Shown here in pieces: positions 1 through 7,829 of a DNA stretch of 64,000 nucleotides. Position 1 is the first letter of the stretch; each line of letters begins with the position of its first letter. The stretch is taken from NCBI GenBank assembly GCA_963813135.1, contig CAWEXY010000021.1, positions 142,075-206,074 of the forward strand, read 5' to 3'. Source of the DNA: an uncultured Verrucomicrobiae bacterium (GTDB lineage: Bacteria > Chlamydiota > Chlamydiia > Chlamydiales > Rhabdochlamydiaceae). The notes below the pieces were generated by a model. That model did no database searches and had not been told where the DNA came from. It saw only the letters and a list, made by a program, of their open reading frames with translations. Both the position numbers and the translations under genes were made by a program.

Positions 1-2820
1 ATGCTTCTTCCGCAATGTTTCTTGTGGAAGAAAGGCGACACAGTCTCTTTTGCCAAGCTCGATGAATTTTTAACTTCTTTGGGCTATCGCCGCAACGCCG
101 TCTGTTCCGATAAAGGAGAATTTGCCCTGCGCGGCGGCATCCTCGATATTTTTCCCCTCGCAGCGACCGATCCGTACCGCATCGATTTTTTTGGCGACAC
201 CATCGATTCCCTGCGCATCTTCGATCCTATCGGTCAAAAGACGATCGAAAAAACGGACCAAATATTCGTCTGCCCCGCCTCGGAATTTGATCTCCTCAAA
301 AAATCTCCTGCCTCCCTTCTCGACTACTTTCCGAAAGATACGCTGATCATCTTCGATGACCTCCTCGCGCTCGAAGATAAATACGTCTCCTTTTCTCGAC
401 TTCCTAAAGCCCATCTCGAGACGTTCGAAGAACTTCTTCAAAGAACCTCGTCTTATCCTCGCCAATTTTGGACGAAAGAGCGCATGGAGGAACTCTCGGA
501 CGTACATCTGCAAGGAAAAGTGGGGCGCGCCTTTTACTCCGGCAAAGCTCCTCTGCAGCCGCTGACGTTTGAACTCTCCCATCAAAAAATCGACACAAAA
601 CGTTGGCGCCATCCTTTTCTCGATGTGCAAGAACTCCTTCCCAATCTCCAAGCCGCGCATCCTACGTTCATTTGCTCTACCGAATCGGAAGAAAAAGCCC
701 TTTCTTCAAAAATCACGATTCCTCCCCACGCCAAATTTGTCCGCGGTTATTTATCCTCGGGCGTCGCCTTTGCCGATAGTACGACCGTTCTCGTTCCGAT
801 GGCCGAGTTCACCCACCAAACACGCCTCCGCCGCACCAAATGGCGCAGCACCTACCACACTCCCGCCGCAGAATTCCATCAACTCGCCCCCGGCGACCTC
901 GTCGTCCATTTCCACAACGGCATCGGCAAATACCTCGGCATGGAAAAACAAAAAAACCACCTCGGCGCCGAAACCGAATTCCTCGTCCTTGAATACGCCG
1001 AAGGCAGCAAACTCTTTGTTCCCCTCGCGCAGGCCTACCTCGTCAGCCGCTACATCGGCGCGCACGAAGAAATCCCCACCCTCCACACCATCGGCTCCAA
1101 ATCGTGGCAGACCGCCAAAAACCACGCCCAAAAAGCGATCGTCGGTTACGCCGAAGAACTCCTCAAACGGAACGCCGCACGCGTCATCCAGGGAGGATTT
1201 TCTTATCCCGACGACACCGAGCTCATGATCGCCTTTGAAAATGATTTTCCCTACGAAGAGACCGAAGACCAACTCTCCGCCATCGCCTCCCTCAAGGCCG
1301 ACATGACGTCGAACAAAGCGATGGACCGCCTCATCTGCGGCGACGTCGGCTACGGCAAAACGGAAGTTGCCATGCGCGCCGCCTTTAAAGCCGCCGCCGA
1401 AGGAAAAAAACAAGTCGCCGTCCTCGTTCCCACCACTGTCCTTGCCCTGCAGCACTACGAGTCGTTCTGCGCGCGCATGTCGAATTTTCCGCTGAACATC
1501 CGCGCCATCTCGCGTTTCCACACCCCCAAAGAAGTCAAAGAGACCCTCAAAGGCGTCGCCGATGGCACCGTCGATATTCTCATCGGCACCCACCGCCTCA
1601 TCAGCAAAGACGTCGTCTTCAAAGATCTTGGCCTCATCATCATCGATGAAGAGCAGCGCTTCGGCGTCCGCGCCAAAGAACACCTGAAAAATTTCAAAGT
1701 CGGCGTCGATTGCCTCACCCTCACGGCGACCCCCATCCCGCGCACGCTCTACCTCTCCCTCGTCGGCGCCCGCGAAATCTCCATCATCAACACGCCGCCC
1801 CAAGACCGCCTCCCCATCAAATCGATCATCGCCGAGCGCGATCCCGAAATCGTCCACACCGCGCTCCTGCGCGAACTCTCCCGCGACGGCCAAGCTTTCT
1901 TCATCCACAACCGCGTCGAGACCATCCATCTCGCCGCCGAAGAACTCCGTAAACTCCTTCCTGAAGCCCGCATCGTCGTCGGCCATGGCCAGATGTCATC
2001 CGATGAACTCGACTCAATTTTTCATGCCTTTAAAAGCGGACAGGCCGATATCCTCGTCTCCACCACCATCGTCGAAAACGGCATCGACATTCCCAACGCC
2101 AACACCATCCTCATCGACCGCGCCGATCAATTCGGCCTTGCCGACCTCTACCAGCTCCGCGGCCGCGTCGGCCGCTGGAACCGCCCCGCCTACGCCTACC
2201 TTCTCTACGCCAAAGGGAAACTTCTCCCAGAGATTGCTCGCAAGCGTCTCCACGCCCTCCTCGAAACAGCTGGCTACGGCGGCGGGATGAAGATCGCCAT
2301 GCGCGACCTCGAGATCCGCGGCGCCGGCGACATCCTGGGCACCCAGCAATCGGGCCAAATCGCCGCGATCGGCTTCCATCTCTATTGCAAACTCCTCAAG
2401 CGCACCATCGAAGCCCTCAAAAAACAAACCGCGCCCTCGTTCACTGAAACTAAAATGGAATTTACGTTCGATGCGCGCCTTCCCGACGATTACATCGCCG
2501 AAACCTCTCTTCGCCTCGAGATCTACCACCGCCTCGGCGAAGCGCTCACCCTCGCCGATGTCGATGACCTCCTTGCCGAGCTCAAAGACCGGTTCGGCCC
2601 CTATCCGACTCCCGTCCTCTGGCTCTACCACCTCACCCGCATCCGCGTCCTCGCCGCGCAGCACAAGATCACCTTCCTCAAGTTCCAAAAACACACGCTG
2701 GAAATGGAAATACCCAAAGGCAAGGAAGTTAAAAAACAAGTCTTTACGCTGCCTAAGATCACACAGCCCGCCGATGTAGAAAAAGAATTTGTAAAAATCT
2801 TGAGCCTCCCGCGTAAATAA
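1..2820 (+). CDS. mfd: Transcription-repair coupling factor (probably 5'-truncated by the window edge)
   Basis: UvrB-like GEFALRGGILDIFP, CarD/RID domain (PGDLVVHFHNGIGKY), helicase motifs CGDVGYGKT, DEEQRFG and QLRGRVGR, TRG motif DLEIRGAG. Confidence 0.97.
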   Translation: MLLPQCFLWKKGDTVSFAKLDEFLTSLGYRRNAVCSDKGEFALRGGILDIFPLAATDPYRIDFFGDTIDSLRIFDPIGQKTIEKTDQIFVCPASEFDLLKKSPASLLDYFPKDTLIIFDDLLALEDKYVSFSRLPKAHLETFEELLQRTSSYPRQFWTKERMEELSDVHLQGKVGRAFYSGKAPLQPLTFELSHQKIDTKRWRHPFLDVQELLPNLQAAHPTFICSTESEEKALSSKITIPPHAKFVRGYLSSGVAFADSTTVLVPMAEFTHQTRLRRTKWRSTYHTPAAEFHQLAPGDLVVHFHNGIGKYLGMEKQKNHLGAETEFLVLEYAEGSKLFVPLAQAYLVSRYIGAHEEIPTLHTIGSKSWQTAKNHAQKAIVGYAEELLKRNAARVIQGGFSYPDDTELMIAFENDFPYEETEDQLSAIASLKADMTSNKAMDRLICGDVGYGKTEVAMRAAFKAAAEGKKQVAVLVPTTVLALQHYESFCARMSNFPLNIRAISRFHTPKEVKETLKGVADGTVDILIGTHRLISKDVVFKDLGLIIIDEEQRFGVRAKEHLKNFKVGVDCLTLTATPIPRTLYLSLVGAREISIINTPPQDRLPIKSIIAERDPEIVHTALLRELSRDGQAFFIHNRVETIHLAAEELRKLLPEARIVVGHGQMSSDELDSIFHAFKSGQADILVSTTIVENGIDIPNANTILIDRADQFGLADLYQLRGRVGRWNRPAYAYLLYAKGKLLPEIARKRLHALLETAGYGGGMKIAMRDLEIRGAGDILGTQQSGQIAAIGFHLYCKLLKRTIEALKKQTAPSFTETKMEFTFDARLPDDYIAETSLRLEIYHRLGEALTLADVDDLLAELKDRFGPYPTPVLWLYHLTRIRVLAAQHKITFLKFQKHTLEMEIPKGKEVKKQVFTLPKITQPADVEKEFVKILSLPRK

Positions 2821-2831
2821 ATGTCTTGGTC

Positions 2832-2867
2832 TTGAACCTCCTTCGCCTAAAGGCGAAGGAGGTTCAA
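2832..2867. terminator. Perfect 36-bp inverted repeat after mfd; terminator-like, possibly an IS200/IS605-end derivative
   Basis: TTGAACCTCCTTCGCC-TAAA-GGCGAAGGAGGTTCAA, starting 12 nt after the mfd stop. Confidence 0.6.
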
Positions 2868-3774
2868 CCTCTTGTTCAAACAGTAGAAGATGAAGCACCA
2901 ACTGCTATTGAAGAAACAAAAGTTGAGAAGGTGGTACAAAGAGTCCTGCAAGCTGCGAGCTCATGGAGTAAAGAAGCGCTCGCACTCTAACAAAAAGGAA
3001 TAGATGCTAGATCTTTCGATTGGAACAATATCCGAAGCTATCAAGATTTTACGAACTTAAGCATCGCTGCAACAGCACCCGGCATTCCCGCAAATTTTGT
3101 TACTGCAATTCAGAATTTGCTCCAAAAGGGTTTTTATCACCTTGTCAACAATACGGTCTTTGAACGATTGCCATGCCGCAATCCCATCCCTTTAGGGGTG
3201 GGTTAGGCAGGCCTGTAGTTGGTCTATTCCTTAAATCCTCGAAGAATCCCTTCCATTTATGGGAGGGTTCTTCAATCTAACGAGGCAGGAATTGTGTTAG
3301 TTTTACCTAACCAACCGAACTTCACAGACCTCGCGGGCAGATTAGGAGCTGCAAAAATTACCTCATTAGATTTATCTGGAGCCTCTTTATTTCATGTTTC
3401 CCATCACATTTGTGCACAAAAACATATGGAATCTCTCGTTCTTAGCAATACCAAGTTGAGAACTCTTTTTCGACCAAGTAAATATTCTCGTCGCACACAA
3501 TTGCAAGAAAGCCTCATACATTTAAACATCAGTGACAACCCCGATTTAAAAAATATTGACGCCATCAAGAACCTCTCAAGATTAACCAGACTGGACATCA
3601 GCGGCACTGGAGTGACCTCCCTGCCTGCAGAGATTTGGAACAATATAAATATTACTGTAGTGATGTAGGGTTCATAACACCTCCAAGAAATCGTTCAACA
3701 TTTGGATAGGCATGCTTTTAGCAGGATTAGCGCTAGTGACAGCCGTTGTTTGGAGAAGATGGGCCCGGCCTTGA
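2868..3774 (+). pseudogene. Disrupted LRR protein with C-terminal TM anchor, paralog of 17299..18405
   Basis: Frame reads VEKVVQRVLQAASSW (paralog VDAVVQRVYKEARAW). Lesions: TAA at 2988, 111-bp insertion 3165-3275, frameshift near 3660 before the TM tail KKSFNIWIGMLLAGLALVTAVVWRRWARP*. LRRs (LDLSG, LNISDN, LDISGT) lie in ORF 3219..3668. Confidence 0.8.
3165..3275 (+). mobile_element. 111-bp non-autonomous IS200/IS605-type element (PATE-like), copy 1
   Basis: Identical to 55091..55201; two subterminal hairpins; inserted after TTGAA, ends TTCAA, no target duplication; removal restores the host frame VFE|SNE. Confidence 0.85.
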
Positions 3775-3780
3775 TCTCTA

Positions 3781-3843
3781 CATAGTCCCCCACGGCGACT
3801 GTTGTGGGGAAGCTACGGGCTCCGGCCCGTAGCACGTTTTTAA
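3781..3843 (+). repeat. Structured two-hairpin repeat, copy 1
   Basis: CATAGTCCCCCACGG..GTGGGGAA-GCTACGGGC-TCCG-GCCCGTAGC-ACGTTTTTAA; near copy of 3886..3948. Confidence 0.9.
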
Positions 3844-3850
3844 AGAAAAT

Positions 3851-3880
3851 TTGCAAAAAAATATCCCGTCTTTGTATAAT
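3851..3880 (+). promoter_or_regulatory. Sigma70/sigma66-type promoter
   Basis: TTGCAA (3851-3856), 18-nt spacer, TATAAT (3875-3880); predicted start coincides with the start of repeat copy 2. Confidence 0.7.
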
Positions 3881-3885
3881 TATGT

Positions 3886-3948
3886 CATAGTCCCCCATGG
3901 TGACCCCATGGGGAAGCCACGGGCTCCGGCCCGTGGCACGTTTTTTAA
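3886..3948 (+). ncRNA. Putative small structured RNA or leader (two hairpins plus U-tract) upstream of the NYN gene; repeat copy 2
   Basis: CCCCATGG-TGACC-CCATGGGG and GCCACGGGC-TCCG-GCCCGTGGC then ACGTTTTTT; compensatory T-A/C-G change versus copy 1. Confidence 0.6.
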
Positions 3949-3958
3949 TAGGAAGTCT

Positions 3959-4615
3959 GTGAATCGTCAACGTGTCACCTCCTTTATAGATGGACTTAAT
4001 CTTTATCATGCAATAGCAAGCCTTCATCGCCCAGAATTGAAATGGACCGACTTAAGAGCCCTTTCAAAAGTATTTCTAAAATCACATTCTGAGGAACTTT
4101 CCCACGTATATTATTTTTCGGCTCAAGCAGAACATGTCGCGGAACAAACGCAAAAAAATCAAAAAGCTTATATTCAAGCTTTGAAACTTAGAGGTATAAC
4201 ACCTGTTCTCGGTTATTTCAAAAAAAGACATCGATGTTGTCCTTCCTGTGACCATCGATGGTTTGGACATGAAGAAAAAGAAACTGATGTCAACATAGCC
4301 CTTTTTCTTTTAGACCTTGCTTATCAGGATGCATTCGATCGAGCTCTTGTCATTTCAAATGATTCTGACCTTGCCCCTGCTATACAGATGGTTAGGAAGC
4401 GCTTTCCTAAAAAACGCATCACTACGATTGCCCCTCTCCGTTACTATCATAGTATCGAACTCATCAATGCTTCTTCTGATAAAAGTAAGATCCGTGTTGA
4501 ACATCTTGAGCGTTGTCCTCTACCTCTTGTTGTGGCTGATCCATCCGGCTTAATCTCCGTATCTCGACCCCATGAATATATGCCCTCTAACACCGCCTTC
4601 GCTTCAACACTATGA
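3959..4615 (+). CDS. NYN domain (LabA/DUF88 PIN-like) ribonuclease with a CxxC insert
   Basis: FIDGLNLYH, EEKETDVNIA and ISNDSDLAPAI acidic motifs; CPSC; GTG start at 3959 after AGGAAG. Confidence 0.9.
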   Translation: MNRQRVTSFIDGLNLYHAIASLHRPELKWTDLRALSKVFLKSHSEELSHVYYFSAQAEHVAEQTQKNQKAYIQALKLRGITPVLGYFKKRHRCCPSCDHRWFGHEEKETDVNIALFLLDLAYQDAFDRALVISNDSDLAPAIQMVRKRFPKKRITTIAPLRYYHSIELINASSDKSKIRVEHLERCPLPLVVADPSGLISVSRPHEYMPSNTAFASTL

Positions 4616-4686
4616 TTAAATTTTTACATTCTTGACGAGAAGAGGAACATCTGCCATCCTTAAGTCCTTTTATATAGAGGAATAAC

Positions 4687-5250
4687 ATGGCCCAAGTTAA
4701 TACGAATGAGTTTCGCAGCGGTTTAAAAGTCGAAGTCGACGGCGAACCCTATACGATGATCTCCAATGAGTTCATCAAACCCGGCAAAGCCCAACCATTC
4801 AACCGCGTTAAACTCAAACATCTCATGACAGGCCGTGTCATCGAACGCACCTATAAATCGGGCGACCGTCTCGAACTGGCCGACGTCATGGAGACCAAAT
4901 ACCGCCTCCTCTACAAAGATGCCGATAACGCCAATTTCATGGATGACGAGTCGTTCGAGCAGATCGCCGTTCCCCTCAAAACGATGGGCGACATCGCCCA
5001 ATGGCTGATGGACGAGGTCGTCTATACGATCGTCTTCTACAAAGGCCAACCCATCGAAGTGGTCCCTCCGACCTTCATGGAAATGAAGATTATCGAGTCT
5101 GCTCCGGGCCTGCGCGGCGATACATCAGGACGCGTGCTCAAGCCTGCCGTCACAGAAACCGGCGCAAAAGTGCAAGTTCCTCTCTTCGTCGAAGAAGGCG
5201 ATAAAATTAAAATAGATACGAGAACAGGTGACTACGTCTCCCGCGTCTGA
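4687..5250 (+). CDS. efp: Elongation factor P
   Basis: KPGK loop, PGLRGDT, KPAVTETGA, IDTRTGDYVSR. Confidence 0.97.
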   Translation: MAQVNTNEFRSGLKVEVDGEPYTMISNEFIKPGKAQPFNRVKLKHLMTGRVIERTYKSGDRLELADVMETKYRLLYKDADNANFMDDESFEQIAVPLKTMGDIAQWLMDEVVYTIVFYKGQPIEVVPPTFMEMKIIESAPGLRGDTSGRVLKPAVTETGAKVQVPLFVEEGDKIKIDTRTGDYVSRV

Positions 5251-6181
5251 GAAACTGAAAATCCTACGCGACCGTGCCAACATGTTCACGGCCGTGCGCG
5301 ATTTTTTTGCCAAACGCGGTGTCCTCGAAGTCGACGTCCCTGTCATGGGCAAAGGCGCCCCCATCGATCTCCATATCGATATCATGTCTATTCCCCTTCA
5401 AGGCGGGGAAAGAGGTTTTTTACACTCCTCCGTAGAATACGCCATGAAGCGGCTCATCGCGCTCGGCGCCGGCGATATTTATCAGATGAGCCACGTCTTC
5501 CGTGATGGCGAAGTCGGCCATCTGCACAATCCTGAATTTACCATGGTCGAATGGTACCGCATCGGTATGACCTTTTCCCAACTCATCGATGAAACTGTTG
5601 ACTTTGTCCGCCTTTTCATTGGAGATGCTCCCCTCCACACGCATACCTATCGCAGCGCGATCAAGGAGTTTGTAGGGGTCGATTACGTCACCGCTTCGCA
5701 CCAAGAGCTCATCGATGCTGCCCATCGCCACGGCACCCACCTCCCCGCAGACGCTGTTCGCTGGGACCTCGATACCCTTCTCAGTTTTATGATGGGATTT
5801 ATTGTGGAGCCTCATCTGCAAAATCTGACAGTGATCCGCGACTTTCCCGCATCCCAATCGGCCCTTGCCCAGACTAGTGTGCGCGAGGGGGCCCTCGTCG
5901 CCGAGCGGTTCGAAATTTATTTTCGCGGGACGGAACTCGCCAATGGCTTCCATGAACTTACCGATCCCATCGAACAAAGACGGAGATTTCATGAATCCAA
6001 TGCGCAGCGCCAGCAAGCAGGAAAATCTTCACTGCCCCTCGACGAACAGTTCCTAACTGCTCTAGAACGAGGCCTTCCCGATTGCTGCGGCGTCGCCGTC
6101 GGGTTCGACCGCCTCATGCTCCTGCGCCATAACAAAAAATCTCTCGAGGACGTTCTCCCCTTTTCTTGGAAGACGATCTAA
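5228..6181 (+). CDS. epmA: EF-P lysine aminoacylase
   Basis: LysRS-like catalytic domain only (EYAMKRL, HNPEFTMVEWY, ELANGFHELTD, GVAVGFDRL); adjacent to efp. Confidence 0.93.
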   Translation: MTTSPASEKLKILRDRANMFTAVRDFFAKRGVLEVDVPVMGKGAPIDLHIDIMSIPLQGGERGFLHSSVEYAMKRLIALGAGDIYQMSHVFRDGEVGHLHNPEFTMVEWYRIGMTFSQLIDETVDFVRLFIGDAPLHTHTYRSAIKEFVGVDYVTASHQELIDAAHRHGTHLPADAVRWDLDTLLSFMMGFIVEPHLQNLTVIRDFPASQSALAQTSVREGALVAERFEIYFRGTELANGFHELTDPIEQRRRFHESNAQRQQAGKSSLPLDEQFLTALERGLPDCCGVAVGFDRLMLLRHNKKSLEDVLPFSWKTI

Positions 6182-7812
6182 CGCGCCCATCCCTGCACGA
6201 TAGGATAACGGCGTCCGGCGCGGAAGGCTTTTTTGCTCACACGAATGGCAGGCGGCGCCTGGCGGCGCTTATATTCCGCGCGATGGATGCGCCGAATGAG
6301 ATCTGCAACGAGATCAAGCGTTAGATTTCTCTTCTTCACGATCTCTTCGGGTGATAAGAAATCCTCAACATAATCTTGGATCACCGCATCGAGCACCTCA
6401 TAGGGAGGAAGCGTGTCGGTATCTTTTTGATCAGGCCGCAGTTCGGCAGAAGGCGGTTTTTCGATCGTCGCTGTCGGAATGAGGCCGCGATGCCGATTGA
6501 GCCAGCGGCAAAGAGAAAACACTTGGACCTTGGTCACATCGGCGATGACAGCGAGGCCGCCTGCCATATCGCCATAAAGGGTGCAGTATCCCATCGCCAT
6601 CTCGCTTTTGTTCCCGGTGCTCAGCACCAGATAGCCATGTTTGTTGGAGAGCGCCATGAGGAGCATGCCGCGGATGCGCGCTTGGAGATTCTCTTCGGTC
6701 GTATCGGGTGGTTTATTTTTAAAATAAGGATCGAGAATTTTCAGATAATCAGTGAATGGCTGTTCGATCGAAATGATATCAAAAGGAATACCCAAATTTT
6801 TCGCGAGCTCTTCTGCATCCGTCACGCTGCCCGGCGAGCTGTAACGCGAAGGCATGCCAACACCGTATACGTTTTCCTTTCCCAGCGCATCGACAGCCAC
6901 ACATGCGACAAGCGCGGAGTCGATACCGCCGGAGAGTCCGATAATCGCTTTCTTAAATCCTTGCTTATAGAAATAATCGCGCGTGCCCAGCACCAGCGCC
7001 TTATACAGATCGCTTAAGGGATCAAACTTCACCGCCTGCGAGCAGAGAGCTTCGGTATCGACCATCATCCAGTCTTCTTCAAATCCTTTGGCGATTTGCC
7101 GCAGCTGGCTCTGGCCATCGACGCACATGCTGTAGCCATCGAAGACAAGCTCGTCGTTACCGCCGACCTGGCAGCAGAAAATGAGGGGGCATTTGAGCGT
7201 CTTGGTTGTCTTTTGACAGACCTTGAGGCGCAGCGCCGGTTTTTCGTACGCATAGGGAGAGGCGTTGATGTTAAGAACAATATCGGGCTTGAATTTGATG
7301 AGTTCATTCACAGGATCGCTGGGGTACTGCGTGTAGCCGACGTATCCGGCATGCTGCCAGATATCTTCGCAGATGAGGACGGCCACTTTTTTTCCTTTCC
7401 ATTCCCAAACGCGAAGGTCCTTGCCGGGCTCAAAGTACCGCCGCTCATCGAACACATCATAGGTCGGAAGAAGCCACTTGTCATGAAAGCCGATCAGCTT
7501 GCCGTTTTGGATGATAGCCGCGCTGTTCATGAGCGATTTTTCTCCCGCCGCGAGATTGCGGCGCACGAGACCGACGACCACCATCAGCCCCTTTGTTTCA
7601 GGGACGATCTCTTGCAAAGTGGCTTCTGCAGCCTTCACAAACGTATCATGGTAAACAAAATCTTCAGGCGGATAACCGCAAATGGCCATCTCTGCGCAAA
7701 GAATGATGTCCGCCCCTTCTTCACGGCCGCGCTGGATCGACAAAAGAATCTTTTGCTTATTCCCGGAAAAATCCCCTATCGTAGGGTCGAGCTGGGCAAC
7801 AAAAACTCGCAT
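6178..7812 (-). CDS. nadE: Glutamine-dependent NAD+ synthetase
   Basis: N-terminal nitrilase domain (ICEDIW), GLSGGIDS, ENLQARIRG, TGNKSE, PPSAELRPDQKD. Confidence 0.96.
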   Translation of the reverse strand: MRVFVAQLDPTIGDFSGNKQKILLSIQRGREEGADIILCAEMAICGYPPEDFVYHDTFVKAAEATLQEIVPETKGLMVVVGLVRRNLAAGEKSLMNSAAIIQNGKLIGFHDKWLLPTYDVFDERRYFEPGKDLRVWEWKGKKVAVLICEDIWQHAGYVGYTQYPSDPVNELIKFKPDIVLNINASPYAYEKPALRLKVCQKTTKTLKCPLIFCCQVGGNDELVFDGYSMCVDGQSQLRQIAKGFEEDWMMVDTEALCSQAVKFDPLSDLYKALVLGTRDYFYKQGFKKAIIGLSGGIDSALVACVAVDALGKENVYGVGMPSRYSSPGSVTDAEELAKNLGIPFDIISIEQPFTDYLKILDPYFKNKPPDTTEENLQARIRGMLLMALSNKHGYLVLSTGNKSEMAMGYCTLYGDMAGGLAVIADVTKVQVFSLCRWLNRHRGLIPTATIEKPPSAELRPDQKDTDTLPPYEVLDAVIQDYVEDFLSPEEIVKKRNLTLDLVADLIRRIHRAEYKRRQAPPAIRVSKKAFRAGRRYPIVQGWAR

Positions 7813-7829
7813 AGGTATAATATGTCCTT

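Noticed and set aside
70..2901. Long antisense ORFs (e.g. 751..1986, 2014..2901) opposite mfd, and similar ones opposite other core genes
   Set aside because: Shadow frames caused by strong C-ending codon bias on the coding strand
3781..3948. Possible CRISPR mini-array
   Set aside because: Only two non-identical ~63-nt units, the spacer is a promoter, and no cas genes are in the window
3851..3958. N-terminal extension of the NYN ORF given in the track
   Set aside because: Overlaps the promoter and hairpins; GTG at 3959 has an SD sequence and starts at the domain boundary
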